A stretch of DNA of 60,905 nucleotides, from positions 1 through 60,905 of the forward strand of contig JBMOLF010000017.1 in the NCBI GenBank assembly GCA_049325595.1, in the 5' to 3' direction. The notes below the pieces were generated by a model. The model did not search any database. It was not told where the DNA came from and saw only the letters and a program-made list of their open reading frames with translations. A program made the translations under genes and the position numbers. Positions within the stretch are counted from its first letter, which is position 1, and each line of letters opens with the position of its first letter. Origin of the DNA: Candidatus Babelota bacterium (lineage in GTDB: Bacteria; Babelota; Babeliae; Babelales; Vermiphilaceae). This document shows, in pieces, positions 1 through 9,484 of the stretch.

Positions 1-185
1 TTTCATTCCATACATTATCTGATATCATAAGCATCGGAGCGTTTCCTTTTTTTTGTTGTTCACTGGCTATTTTAGCCAATAAATCAAGAAGGCGCTCCTA
101 TCTATTTAATTTTCGGATAAGCTCTTATTAATAAAGCTAAAACTTTAAATTTATTGGTGAGCTGTAATTTTAAATCTTCATTCAT
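1..185 (-). pseudogene. Possible interrupted ORF running off the left edge
   Basis: ATG at 185 gives MNEDLKLQLTNKFKVLALLIRAYPKIK*; another frame then reads ERLLDLLAKIASEQQKKGNAPMLMISDNVWNE to the window edge. No family recognised. Confidence 0.3.
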
Positions 186-261
186 TAATTTCACTATTCT
201 TAATTTTTTATTGTTACAACGGTTTGCATATGGTTTAGTGTAAATCCATATGTAATTTCTC

Positions 262-391
262 TGTTCCTGAACGCGTCAATAATTAACCGCCAGTCTTCGT
301 TTATCCGGGCATTCCAGCTCGGCACGCGTGCACCTTAGTCGTGGCGACGGTGTAAACTACGCCTGGCAGGCCATAATTGACGTTCAGAACA
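262..391. repeat. 130-bp GC-rich imperfect palindrome (MITE-like or structured RNA)
   Basis: Ends TGTTCcTGAACGcgTCAAT and ATTGACGTTCAGAACA are complementary apart from bulges; inner pairs GCCAG/CTGGC and GTTTA/TAAAC; 69/130 GC by hand count in AT-rich flanks. Confidence 0.6.
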
Positions 392-484
392 ATTCGCTAT
401 CACGTCAAATGGCTTTACAACGTCCCACAGCAGTTTTTCACCATCTATCCTCAAGTTCGAAAGTAAGCGCTTAATTAATTGTCG

Positions 485-1147
485 CTAAGAGAACAAAGAG
501 TTGATTTTTTCTAAAGTTAAGCCTACGTAATTATTAATAATAAAATCTGCTTCAGAAATTTCATGGCTGTTGTTTCCATCATTAATCGCTATACATCGTA
601 TTTTTGCTCTTTTTGCAGCTATAATACCATCAAGAGAATCCTCAAAGATAACACAGTTTTCTTTATCTACTTCTAGTTTTTCCAAAGCATGCAATAGCAT
701 GATAGGATCTGGCTTGAATTTATAATTCATCATGCATGAATTATAAATATGAGAGCCAAAAAAGAAAGGTAAATTAAGCTTAGCTTTTAGTATATTTAAT
801 CCATAATTTGGCGCATTTGTTACTAAGCTTAATCGTATATTTTTGGATGTTAAGTGTTTATGAAAACCAACAAAACCATCTACAAACTCTACTGGAGTTC
901 TTGAGAAAATTTCTTTTGCTCGGCTGTGATAGAGCTGTTCTATTTCTTTGTTTGTATGTTCAATATTAAACACTGTTTGTAATACTTGGCAGTCTCTAGC
1001 AAGGCCTTTCCCATCAGTCTTATTCCTCAACTTTCTAAATGTTTCAATGTTTTCTTGGCCAACAAAACTCGCAATTAATTCATTCCACATAGATAGACTT
1101 TTTATGATGGTGCCATCCATATCGAACAATACCGCTTCTATTTTCAT
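485..1147 (-). CDS. HAD-superfamily phosphatase (beta-PGM/CbbY-like)
   Basis: Motifs FDMDGT, VTN, KPDP and FEDSLDG. Confidence 0.9.
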   Translation of the reverse strand: MKIEAVLFDMDGTIIKSLSMWNELIASFVGQENIETFRKLRNKTDGKGLARDCQVLQTVFNIEHTNKEIEQLYHSRAKEIFSRTPVEFVDGFVGFHKHLTSKNIRLSLVTNAPNYGLNILKAKLNLPFFFGSHIYNSCMMNYKFKPDPIMLLHALEKLEVDKENCVIFEDSLDGIIAAKRAKIRCIAINDGNNSHEISEADFIINNYVGLTLEKINSLFS

Positions 1148-1210
1148 TTTGTTTATTTCTTTTTTAGTAAATTTCCCTCTCTCAAAGGTGAGAGGGGGAA
1201 ATAGTATTAA

Positions 1211-1675
1211 TTATTTGAAGGCATCCAGTACCAATTGTTCCAAGCCCTTATGGGTTGGGTTAATAACGATCTTTTTATTGATAATATCTCCCAAACTTAC
1301 CCATTCTGGTTCTACTGGCCAACAATCTTTGTCGCCATTACCAGTAAAGTTTTTAATATCATCGATGATAGTGCCGATAAAAACAGCGTAACAAGAGCAT
1401 TTGCTAAGATCATGGGGCCAAAAATATGAATATGATCCCAAATAACGTTCAATGTTAACTCGTACGCCAAGTTCTTCAGCTGCTTCACGAATAACACATT
1501 CTTCAAGAGATTCAGCATTTAATGTTGCATAATCAATCTCTGCACGACCTCCTGCAGGTTCATATGAAATTATCCCATTTACATTTCTTTTTATGAGAAG
1601 GATTTTATCACTTATAGATTGATGTTTTACGATTATTTTTGCTGAGGGGAAAAACATATTACTCCTTGCTTTCAA
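1211..1675 (-). CDS. NUDIX hydrolase
   Basis: Nudix box GGRAE...ESLEECVIREAAEELG with a short insertion. Confidence 0.9.
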   Translation of the reverse strand: MKARSNMFFPSAKIIVKHQSISDKILLIKRNVNGIISYEPAGGRAEIDYATLNAESLEECVIREAAEELGVRVNIERYLGSYSYFWPHDLSKCSCYAVFIGTIIDDIKNFTGNGDKDCWPVEPEWVSLGDIINKKIVINPTHKGLEQLVLDAFK

Positions 1676-2129
1676 TAAACTCAGTTTTCATATTAGATGT
1701 GTTAATTTCTGGTACCAATAAAAAACTTATTATAGAATGACGATACTCATTCTTAATAGGTCCAACATAATGTAGTGTTGGCTTAATGTCGATACTATGA
1801 GATTTAAGACACAGTCCACCAATAAGTAAAGTTGATGTTACATTTGGCTGATTGGTATATTTTCTTTCAGGCAATTTCAATGCTGCGTTTGTTGGCCTTA
1901 CTGTATCTTCACATATCATTAAGCTTTTATGATTGTCATTATTATCCCAGATTAATGTCAAACCACATTCATCAAAATGAGGTTTCTCACGCCATTCTTC
2001 TTCACTTTTTTTATATCTTACGATCTTTGTAACAACAGTCAGATCTGGATTATTGCCATACATTAGATTTTTGATTCTAACATTTAAACCACATCCTGTT
2101 GATATGGTAATAAATAGCTTGCTATGCAT
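1659..2129 (-). CDS. IPNS-like 2OG-Fe(II) oxygenase, C-terminal portion (probably 5'-truncated)
   Basis: VRY...PHFDECGLTLIW (HxD), PTLHYV (distal His), RHSIISF (RxS). Only 156 aa, and the start abuts the IS200 remnant. Confidence 0.7.
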   Translation of the reverse strand: MHSKLFITISTGCGLNVRIKNLMYGNNPDLTVVTKIVRYKKSEEEWREKPHFDECGLTLIWDNNDNHKSLMICEDTVRPTNAALKLPERKYTNQPNVTSTLLIGGLCLKSHSIDIKPTLHYVGPIKNEYRHSIISFLLVPEINTSNMKTEFIESKE

Positions 2130-2139
2130 GTTCTAACTC

Positions 2140-2670
2140 ATTGCTAACCTGAGATTTATTGGTCTCAGCAATAATCGAAGGTTAAGCAAGATGAGTTATT
2201 TTAGAAGCTTAGCACATGAATTGTGGCATTGCCATTATCATATCGTTTGGTTTCGAAACATAGATTTCGGATATTGAAAGGAGAAATAAAGGATGAAGTT
2301 GAAAAAATTATAAGAATGATATCTGATCAAGACGGCTGTGTAGTTATTGAATTGAATGTGCAAGAAGATTATGTACATTTACTTGTAATGATTCCACCAA
2401 AATTATCGATATCGAATTATGTAGGAATTGTGAAAAGGCAAAAGCGCAATCAGACTTTTTTCAAAATTTCCTGATCTTAAAAATAAAACCCTCTGGGAAA
2501 ATCATTTCTGTGCAAGAGGATATTGCGTAGATACAGTTGGTTTGCATTGGAAAAGATAAAAATACGTAAAATACCAAGAGAAAAAAGAAAGAGAACAATA
2601 AACTAACAAGCTTGGAGCAAATCTCCTCTGGGGATGTCTAAAAGTCGCCTCCTTTGGTGGGGAAATTCAT
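2140..2670 (+). mobile_element. tnpA: Degenerate IS200/IS605-family element (tnpA pseudogene, ~2191-2601)
   Basis: Frames join as MSYFRSLAHELWHCHYHIVW / DYVHLLVMIPPKLSIS / LWENHFCARGYCVDTVG. Several frameshifts; HUH motif mutated (DYVH). Imperfect hairpins at ~2140-2172 and ~2620-2665. Confidence 0.85.
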
Positions 2671-2870
2671 TTACTTATCTTTAAGTCGACAAACGTTGGT
2701 AAAAAAATATTATTTTCTATATTAAACAAAAGACTATTTGTTTTAAACTTGATTTTTAACGATCTCAAACATTAATTCAATGTTTAGGACATCTATATTA
2801 TTTGCAAAAAAATTAGCCTGTTAAAAACGTAAATTAAGTAAAAATCAATTTTAAAGAAAAGGAATTTGAT

Positions 2871-3485
2871 ATGTCTAAATTTATTATAATTTTGGGTCCG
2901 CCAGCAGTAGGCAAAATGACAGTGGGACATGAGTTGGCAAAAAAAACAGATTTAAAGGTTTTTCATAATCACCTTATCATTGATGCGCTACTTCCTTTAT
3001 TTGATTTTGAAAGCGAAAGTTATAAAAAACTTGTTAAAGAATTTAGAACTAGAATCTTTGAAGAAGCAATAAGATCCAAATTAACTGGAATAATTTTTAC
3101 TTATGTTGTGGCATACAATAGACCATCTGGCATGCAACAGCTTAATGAATGGATTAGTCTTTTCAAGGAAAACGATTTCGACGTCAATATAGTTGAGTTA
3201 CATGCCAGTATTGAAGAAAGACTCAGGAGAAATGAAACCCCTCATCGACTAAGTCATAAGCATTCCAAAAGAGATATCGACATCTCAAGACATATACTAT
3301 TAAAAAATGAAAAAGAATGGGATATGGAACCCAAAGAAGGGATTTTTGGTGATATACCCTATTTAAAGTTAAACACCAATGAACTGAACCCTGAAGAAAC
3401 CGCTCAGATTATTTCTAAACACTTTCAACTTGCAGAAAATCAAAATGAATCAAATATATCCACCGAAGCTTCTACCGTACAATAA
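2871..3485 (+). CDS. P-loop kinase (AAA_33/shikimate-kinase-like)
   Basis: Walker A GPPAVGKM at the N-terminus; lid-like ERLRRNETPHR. Confidence 0.8.
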   Translation: MSKFIIILGPPAVGKMTVGHELAKKTDLKVFHNHLIIDALLPLFDFESESYKKLVKEFRTRIFEEAIRSKLTGIIFTYVVAYNRPSGMQQLNEWISLFKENDFDVNIVELHASIEERLRRNETPHRLSHKHSKRDIDISRHILLKNEKEWDMEPKEGIFGDIPYLKLNTNELNPEETAQIISKHFQLAENQNESNISTEASTVQ

Positions 3486-3552
3486 TTTATGCTGTGTTGT
3501 TTCTCCCTCGCGCAGTTTAATATAACTAACCAAACAACAAGAGAATTGGCTA

Positions 3553-4399
3553 GGCAGTATCGACATTCAAATCAACCATAAATATGAACATGCCAAATAG
3601 ATACAAGCTTCAAAATTAATTTGTATTTTTTCAAATCTGGTAGCAATTTTTCTAAATTGCTTAAGCCCATTAAATAATCGTTCAATCAAATTTCGATCTT
3701 TGTAAATAAATTTATCATAACTACGTTGAATAATTCTATTTGATCGTGGCGGAATGACTGGAATAGTATTGATTTGTCTGATGTAGTCGATAATCTCATT
3801 GCTATCATAACCTTTGTCTGCCAAAACGTAGTCAGGATTTTCTCCACTAAGCAGCGGTAATGCCTGATCAAAATCACTCGCTTCACCAGGAGTTAAGATA
3901 AATTTTATCGGAAGACCCAATGCATCACACATCATATGGATCTTTGTAGTCAAACCTCCTCTGGAACGCCCCAAAGCCTGATCTTTTTTTTATACGTAGC
4001 AGCTTGTTGATGTGCTTTAACAAGCGTACTATCAATCATGAGATATTCATTATCACGATCTTTGATCAGATATTTAAATATTTTCTCCCATATCCCTTTC
4101 TTTGCCCAACGAGTAAATCGTTTGTGTGCTGACTTGTACTTTCCATAACGCTCTTCGGGCATATCAGACCAACGGGCTCCTGATCTTAAAATCCACAAAA
4201 CACTATCAATAAAAAGACGGTTATCTACAGCAGTTCTGCCGCTATCACCAGGCTTTCCTGGCAATAGATCTTTGATCTTATTCCACTGTTCAGTTGATAA
4301 TTCGTATCGTGCTCTACCACGTTTTTTTATCATCATTTAATCCTCAAGCTACTATCTTGTAGGATCAATCCTATCATATTATTGAATGTCGATACAGCC
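3553..4399 (-). mobile_element. Intact IS5-family (IS427-group-like) insertion sequence, 847 bp
   Basis: 18-bp TIRs GGCAGTATCGACATTCAA (3553-3570) and TTGAATGTCGATACAGCC (4382-4399) with one mismatch; TA duplication at 3551-3552 and 4400-4401 in a CTAG target; two overlapping transposase ORFs. Confidence 0.95.
3567..4336 (-). CDS. IS5-family transposase, orfA (3950-4336) + orfB (3567-3974) joined by -1 frameshift
   Basis: orfA LWILRSGARW...MIDST; orfB GRSRGGLTTKIH, ADKGYD, RNLIERLF; A8G slippery run at 3983-3991. Confidence 0.9.
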
Positions 4400-4481
4400 T
4401 AGTCCTTTCAATTGATTTTATCATAAAAAATTAATAGCTTACCTATTTAAAATTGGTAAAAATATTAATATAAGGTAATGT

Positions 4482-5180
4482 ATGTTGTACGTTTTCATTA
4501 TGCTTTTAATAAGTATTACAACATTTTCAGCTGAGCGCATAATTGAAGAGTATCCGTCATTGCGTGATTTTTTCACTCAACCTGAGGTTGTGAGTATTTT
4601 CAATAACTATCCTTTAGAGTTACGAGATATGGGTCCGCAGGCCAAGAGTCACATTGCTGCTTTAGAAATGGAAGCTAATTTGGATAATTTTTCTTTAATT
4701 TTGAAAAAGAAAATTGTGTTTAATTCATATTATATCAACAAAGAAATTTTCTCCGCGCAAGAGTTTAAATTTATACTATGTCATGAGCTTGGGCATTTAA
4801 ATGATCCCAATTTATTATTGCGTAGCATTGGCGCTGAATTAGCATTTGGAGCAATGATAATTGGTACTTCTGTTTTGCTGATAAAATCTTTAATTCAATT
4901 AAACATGAAACTATGTTTGAGAAGCTTAAAAGTTGGTGCAGCGGTTGTTTCTTCTTGTTATTTAGCTCGCGCTTATATCCATCGCAAAGGAGAATATTGG
5001 GCTGATGAGTATGCTTTAAAGATGACGAAAGATCATTATGCTGCCACAGCAGCGCTTACTAAAAGAAAGCAATTAGTAAAATCTTATAGAAATCTTCCAG
5101 TTGTCGGAACATTATTGAATTTGTTAGATGATCATCCAAGTGAAGAGAATCGAATTGATTATTTGAATCATATTAAGTAA
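4482..5180 (+). CDS. M48-family zinc metalloprotease with signal peptide
   Basis: HELGH, EYWADEYA, DHPSEENRI. Confidence 0.85.
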   Translation: MLYVFIMLLISITTFSAERIIEEYPSLRDFFTQPEVVSIFNNYPLELRDMGPQAKSHIAALEMEANLDNFSLILKKKIVFNSYYINKEIFSAQEFKFILCHELGHLNDPNLLLRSIGAELAFGAMIIGTSVLLIKSLIQLNMKLCLRSLKVGAAVVSSCYLARAYIHRKGEYWADEYALKMTKDHYAATAALTKRKQLVKSYRNLPVVGTLLNLLDDHPSEENRIDYLNHIK

Positions 5181-5354
5181 TATTTTTTTTAATATTTCTT
5201 GATAATTTTTAAAATGAAATTTTGCAAATTTATTTTAAGCAGAGTACCTATTCCGCTAAGTCGTATGTGCAAGGCTTTTTTTATGAATGATCTTTAAGAT
5301 ACAATAAAAATAGTGCATAAATTTAATGGTGATTGATTTTCGCAAGGAGGGGTA

Positions 5355-6638
5355 ATGCGAATAAGATATTTACTGTTCTGTTTGCTTATGAGTATAAGAA
5401 GCTCTGCTTGTGATGCAATATATCAGCCCAATGAGAGTATAGCTCTATTAAAAAAAATAATTGATACTGATTTTAACACGCATCGATTAATCGTTTATGA
5501 TATAGCTTTTAACACAAGTGAAACAGAACGAATAAACAATCCTCATCAGCCAAACATGATTGCCATGCAAGAGATAGCAAAAAAACCATGTATCGTTAAA
5601 TTTAATAGCCAAAAAGAATATTTGCCAACTACGGTTAAATTATATGTGCCAAAAAAGAGGATAAAATCAAAAAATATTCAGCTGATTGATAAAATGGATG
5701 AAGCTATTAATAATCGTATCCATGCCATAAACGGAATTACCTGTTGTCAGAAAAAATTTAACACCTATGAAGAGATTGTATACCACTTCAAGCAAACTCA
5801 CAAAAATAACGAAAACTTGAAATGCCCCTATAATTTTTGTGGAACACAAGGATTTATTAATCATCGAAAACTGGTTGATCATTACGTGCAGACTCATTAT
5901 AAGATAAACATATTTAGTTGTTTAGCAAAAAATTGTAAAAAACAGTATAACAATAGAAGTTCATTGCTGAATCATTTAAAAAAATGTAGACAATGCATTG
6001 TAATAAACACTGCAGATAGCACGGATCATCACGCTTTATTGTTGCCTGGCCAAGAAGATGATATTCAGATTCAACAAAATATCAATAATCGCAACTTCTT
6101 TGAACAAATAGAAGAATTATTACCATCTAATGGTAGTAATGAGTTTACATTACATGACGACTTTCAAGAATATCGCTTAGTTAATGAAAGCCCCCCGACT
6201 ATTTCTACAAATCAAGATGAGTCTTTTTTTACAGATACTCAAATAAGCCAAAATACAAATACGAGAGAAAAAGAAAAAGTTAATCGGCAAGATTTGATAA
6301 AAACAATTGACCATGTCATTGATCAACGACTAAATAAACGAAATGGTATTGCCTGTTGTGATTCGACCAATTTATTTTATTCGCGCAAAGATCTTATGCG
6401 GCATTTTGAGGATTGTCATTTATATAACGGTGAATTTAGATGTCCCTATCAGAATTGCGAACATGATTATATATCAGATTCACAAACCATTGTAGACCAC
6501 TACCTTAATCATTATGATTCTGATATTTTTTGTTGTATTTATACGCTGTGTTTTTGTCGACACAAAACGAGAAGAGATTTATTAAAGCATACTACTAAAT
6601 GTAGGGAAAAAACGGAGTTTTTTTCTGATCAGTGTTGA
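5355..6638 (+). CDS. Secreted protein with two clusters of C2H2/C2HC zinc fingers
   Basis: Signal-peptide-like start; CPYNFC...DHYVQTH, CLAKNC...NHLKKC, repeated as CPYQNC...DHYLNH, CIYTLC...KHTTKC. Confidence 0.8.
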   Translation: MRIRYLLFCLLMSIRSSACDAIYQPNESIALLKKIIDTDFNTHRLIVYDIAFNTSETERINNPHQPNMIAMQEIAKKPCIVKFNSQKEYLPTTVKLYVPKKRIKSKNIQLIDKMDEAINNRIHAINGITCCQKKFNTYEEIVYHFKQTHKNNENLKCPYNFCGTQGFINHRKLVDHYVQTHYKINIFSCLAKNCKKQYNNRSSLLNHLKKCRQCIVINTADSTDHHALLLPGQEDDIQIQQNINNRNFFEQIEELLPSNGSNEFTLHDDFQEYRLVNESPPTISTNQDESFFTDTQISQNTNTREKEKVNRQDLIKTIDHVIDQRLNKRNGIACCDSTNLFYSRKDLMRHFEDCHLYNGEFRCPYQNCEHDYISDSQTIVDHYLNHYDSDIFCCIYTLCFCRHKTRRDLLKHTTKCREKTEFFSDQC

Positions 6639-7351
6639 CATACAGGGCACCAAAAACTCCATCGGTTTCGTTTACCAGTCTTGCCACGTATTACATTTGC
6701 TCTACATACAGGACATTCTTTTTTTCTATATATTAATAAATTTTTTTTTTGAAATAATTTGCGCCATTTTAAAAAGTGAAAGGAAAAAGTGCGGGCATTG
6801 AGAGCAATTTCTTTTAATTGTTTAGTGCTTAAATTTTTTATTTGTGCCCATGGTAAAATTTTGCTCATAAACAAGGCTTCATTTTTTATAATATTGCCAA
6901 CTCCAGGAAAAATTTCTTGATCAAGAAGCACATCATCAATTGTTTGATTAGGATCTGTTTTCATTGCCTTTGTTGCCTGTTTAACATCCCATTTGTCAGA
7001 CAGTATATCAAATTGCAACGGTAATTTTTTTTTAATATTTTTGTTTTTTTCTATTTTTGTCGAGCAATTATAAAAAAATAATTTGTGAGTGTTAGTTTCG
7101 ATAGCAAGTCGGGGAACTCGGTCAGGACGTGGTTCATCTATGCGATAGCTACCATACATTAAAAAATGAGTAATAAGAGCAACGTTATCAAGTTGTATGA
7201 TGAGTCGTTTGCCAAAAGAATAAATATCTTTAATTGTCTGATAGACCAAATAATCTTTTTCAAATTGAGCATTACCATATATTTTTTTAATTTTTTTATT
7301 TTTAAATGGTTGTAAGTCTTCTGCTAATGCATAAATTGATGGGCCTTCCAT
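6629..7351 (-). CDS. Fpg/Nei-family DNA glycosylase (Nei-like)
   Basis: Start MEGPSI after GGAG RBS; GKRL, HFLMYG, LLDQEIFPGVGNIIKNE (H2TH) and C-terminal C4 zinc finger. Confidence 0.9.
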   Translation of the reverse strand: MEGPSIYALAEDLQPFKNKKIKKIYGNAQFEKDYLVYQTIKDIYSFGKRLIIQLDNVALITHFLMYGSYRIDEPRPDRVPRLAIETNTHKLFFYNCSTKIEKNKNIKKKLPLQFDILSDKWDVKQATKAMKTDPNQTIDDVLLDQEIFPGVGNIIKNEALFMSKILPWAQIKNLSTKQLKEIALNARTFSFHFLKWRKLFQKKNLLIYRKKECPVCRANVIRGKTGKRNRWSFWCPVCQH

Positions 7352-7751
7352 GCACACTCCTATTTGTATCATTAGAAATAAAATTAATTTTTATTGTCGC
7401 TACATTTTAGCAACTTATGTTACGTGAATTTAAGATACTTGTACCTGTGAAAACACTCGTAAAATTTTTGTGTATTGAGCCTGGGTATATCATTCAATGC
7501 ATCTCTACATGCAAAAATAGATGGATAAATCAACGAATGTTACCTAATTGGAAATAGGTTTGCAGGATGTATTGAGACGTCTCTTGCTTGCTAGTTTATT
7601 TACTTTTTTTATTACAATGATAGAATAAAAAATGTAAGTTCGTTAGATAATTGCCGATGATGTGTAATGCAATTATCTTTAACACAGCTCTCACTCGACA
7701 CATCAACTTCAAAAAATATAATCATTACCTTTTTCACAGAAAGGATGTACC

Positions 7752-8702
7752 ATGATCTATATCGTAATACTAATGGTAGGCCTTGCAATTATCTTGTTAA
7801 ATCTTATTTCTGGTTCCTTTTATTTGGTGCGTCAAGGCGAGGTTATTGTCATTGAGCGATTAGGCAAAATGCACAAAATATTGCCTTCAGGATTGCATTG
7901 TGTAGTGCCGTTTATTGATAATCCACGTTCTATAAGCTGGACATATATCATTGAAAATGATGATAATACCGGACACATCAATATTAAAAAAACTAATTAT
8001 CGCATTGATATGCGTGAGTCGGTTTTTAACTTTCCTAAGCAAAATGTAATTACCAAAGATAATGTGACTATGCAAATTAATGCAATTTTATATTATCGTG
8101 TGGAAAATCCAAAAGCTGCATTGTATGAGGTGGAAGACTTACCAAAAGCAATTGAAATGCTTACCCAAACCACTTTGCGTAATGTAATAGGTTCCATGGA
8201 TCTTGATGAAACCTTAGTTTCCCGTGATTATATTAACGAGAAATTAAGACTTATTCTTGAAGAAGCGGCTGATAAATGGGGTGTGAAAGTAACGCGTGTT
8301 GAATTGCAAGAAGTAACACCACCGCAAGATATTCGCAATGCAATGGAAAAGCAAATGCGAGCAGAGCGTGATCGCCGTGCAACAATCTTGGAAGCCGAAG
8401 GTAAAAAACAAGCGTTGATCCTAGAAGCTGAAGGACTTCGAGAATCGCAAATTTTACAAGCATACGGCCAAGCACAAGCGCGTTTGAAAATTGCACAAGC
8501 AGAAGCCGAAGCAATTAATGCGCTTAAAGCTGCAACAGGTGAGCAAGATTTTATTGGCTACTTAATTGCGACGCAATATGTAAAAGCCTTGTCGGAAATG
8601 ACACATGGTAAAAACAATAAAGTTGTTGTTGTACCATTTGAGGCATCAGCTCTTATGGGATCATTCGCTTCAATTAAAAAAATATTTAATGAAGTACAAT
8701 GA
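7752..8702 (+). CDS. SPFH/band-7 (stomatin/QmcA-like) membrane protein
   Basis: N-terminal TM; VIERLGK, VITKDNV, TTLRNVIG, QMRAERDRRA. Confidence 0.92.
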   Translation: MIYIVILMVGLAIILLNLISGSFYLVRQGEVIVIERLGKMHKILPSGLHCVVPFIDNPRSISWTYIIENDDNTGHINIKKTNYRIDMRESVFNFPKQNVITKDNVTMQINAILYYRVENPKAALYEVEDLPKAIEMLTQTTLRNVIGSMDLDETLVSRDYINEKLRLILEEAADKWGVKVTRVELQEVTPPQDIRNAMEKQMRAERDRRATILEAEGKKQALILEAEGLRESQILQAYGQAQARLKIAQAEAEAINALKAATGEQDFIGYLIATQYVKALSEMTHGKNNKVVVVPFEASALMGSFASIKKIFNEVQ

Positions 8703-8711
8703 ACATTCAAT

Positions 8712-8742
8712 AAAAGCATCTAGGATAATTCTAGGTGCTTTT
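8712..8742 (+). terminator. Intrinsic terminator
   Basis: AAAAGCATCTAG-loop-CTAGGTGCTTTT immediately after the SPFH stop codon. Confidence 0.75.
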
Positions 8743-8780
8743 GTATTTTGAAGGTAAAATAGTTTTAAAGAATGTTATAA

Positions 8781-9419
8781 ATGCCAAGTGTTAAAAATAC
8801 TATGCGTGCTAATAAAACATTTACTGAAAAAGAAATACAAGAGTTATACGAATCTTTGCTTTACTTAAACATGGACGAGCTTAAGAAAATCAGTGATAAT
8901 TTATCTTTATCGACTAAAGGTAATAAAATTGTTTTGATTAATGCGATTATTTCCTTTGTTGCCACTGGCTCAATATCTCGTGCGCCTCTTATGCCTGCTA
9001 TTTCCAAAGTAAAAAAGGGGCAAATTATAGAACTTGAGTCTAATTCATTGATGTTGTATGGATCTTACAAAAATGACGCAAAAACGCGCGTATTTTTTAA
9101 AAAATTCATTGGCCAACATTTTCATTTTACCGCATTTGGGATTGACTGGCTTAAAGATCGTTGGTTACACGGTAGCCCGCCAACCTATCAAGAATTTGCT
9201 GACTACTGGCGTGTTGAATATGAACGTAGAAAAATAACTAAAGAAGCGCCTAAAAAAGAGTGGGCTTACATTAATTTTACTCAACGCTTTTTACAAGAAA
9301 ATCCCCAAGCCACCAAGGCTGAAATTATTGCAGCCTGGAATTATGAGCGAATGAAGCATGTCCAGAAAGTGTTTGTGATTTTAGTTTTTGATACTTATAA
9401 AAAAATAACTGCTTTGTAA
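8781..9419 (+). CDS. SAP-like + DUF6434-like hypothetical protein
   Basis: LNMDELKK...LSTKGNKIVLI (SAP-like); YKND..TRVFF...IG.HFHFT...DWL. Confidence 0.6.
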   Translation: MPSVKNTMRANKTFTEKEIQELYESLLYLNMDELKKISDNLSLSTKGNKIVLINAIISFVATGSISRAPLMPAISKVKKGQIIELESNSLMLYGSYKNDAKTRVFFKKFIGQHFHFTAFGIDWLKDRWLHGSPPTYQEFADYWRVEYERRKITKEAPKKEWAYINFTQRFLQENPQATKAEIIAAWNYERMKHVQKVFVILVFDTYKKITAL

Positions 9420-9425
9420 TTTTTT

Positions 9426-9465
9426 TTGCTTTTTTGTGTACGTATACGTATAATATGTATAAGTA
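9426..9465 (+). promoter_or_regulatory. Sigma70-type promoter overlapped by palindromic operator(s)
   Basis: TTGCTT (9426)-17 nt-TATAAT (9449); perfect palindrome TACGTATACGTA at 9439-9450 and variant TATGTATAAGTA at 9454-9465. Confidence 0.7.
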
Positions 9466-9484
9466 TGTTAATTGAAAGGTTCTT

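Noticed and set aside
211..425. attC-like cores (TTACAACG at ~214 and ~415, hairpin 224-255) suggesting integron cassettes
   Set aside because: No complete R''/R' pair, no repeated attC array and no integrase in the window.
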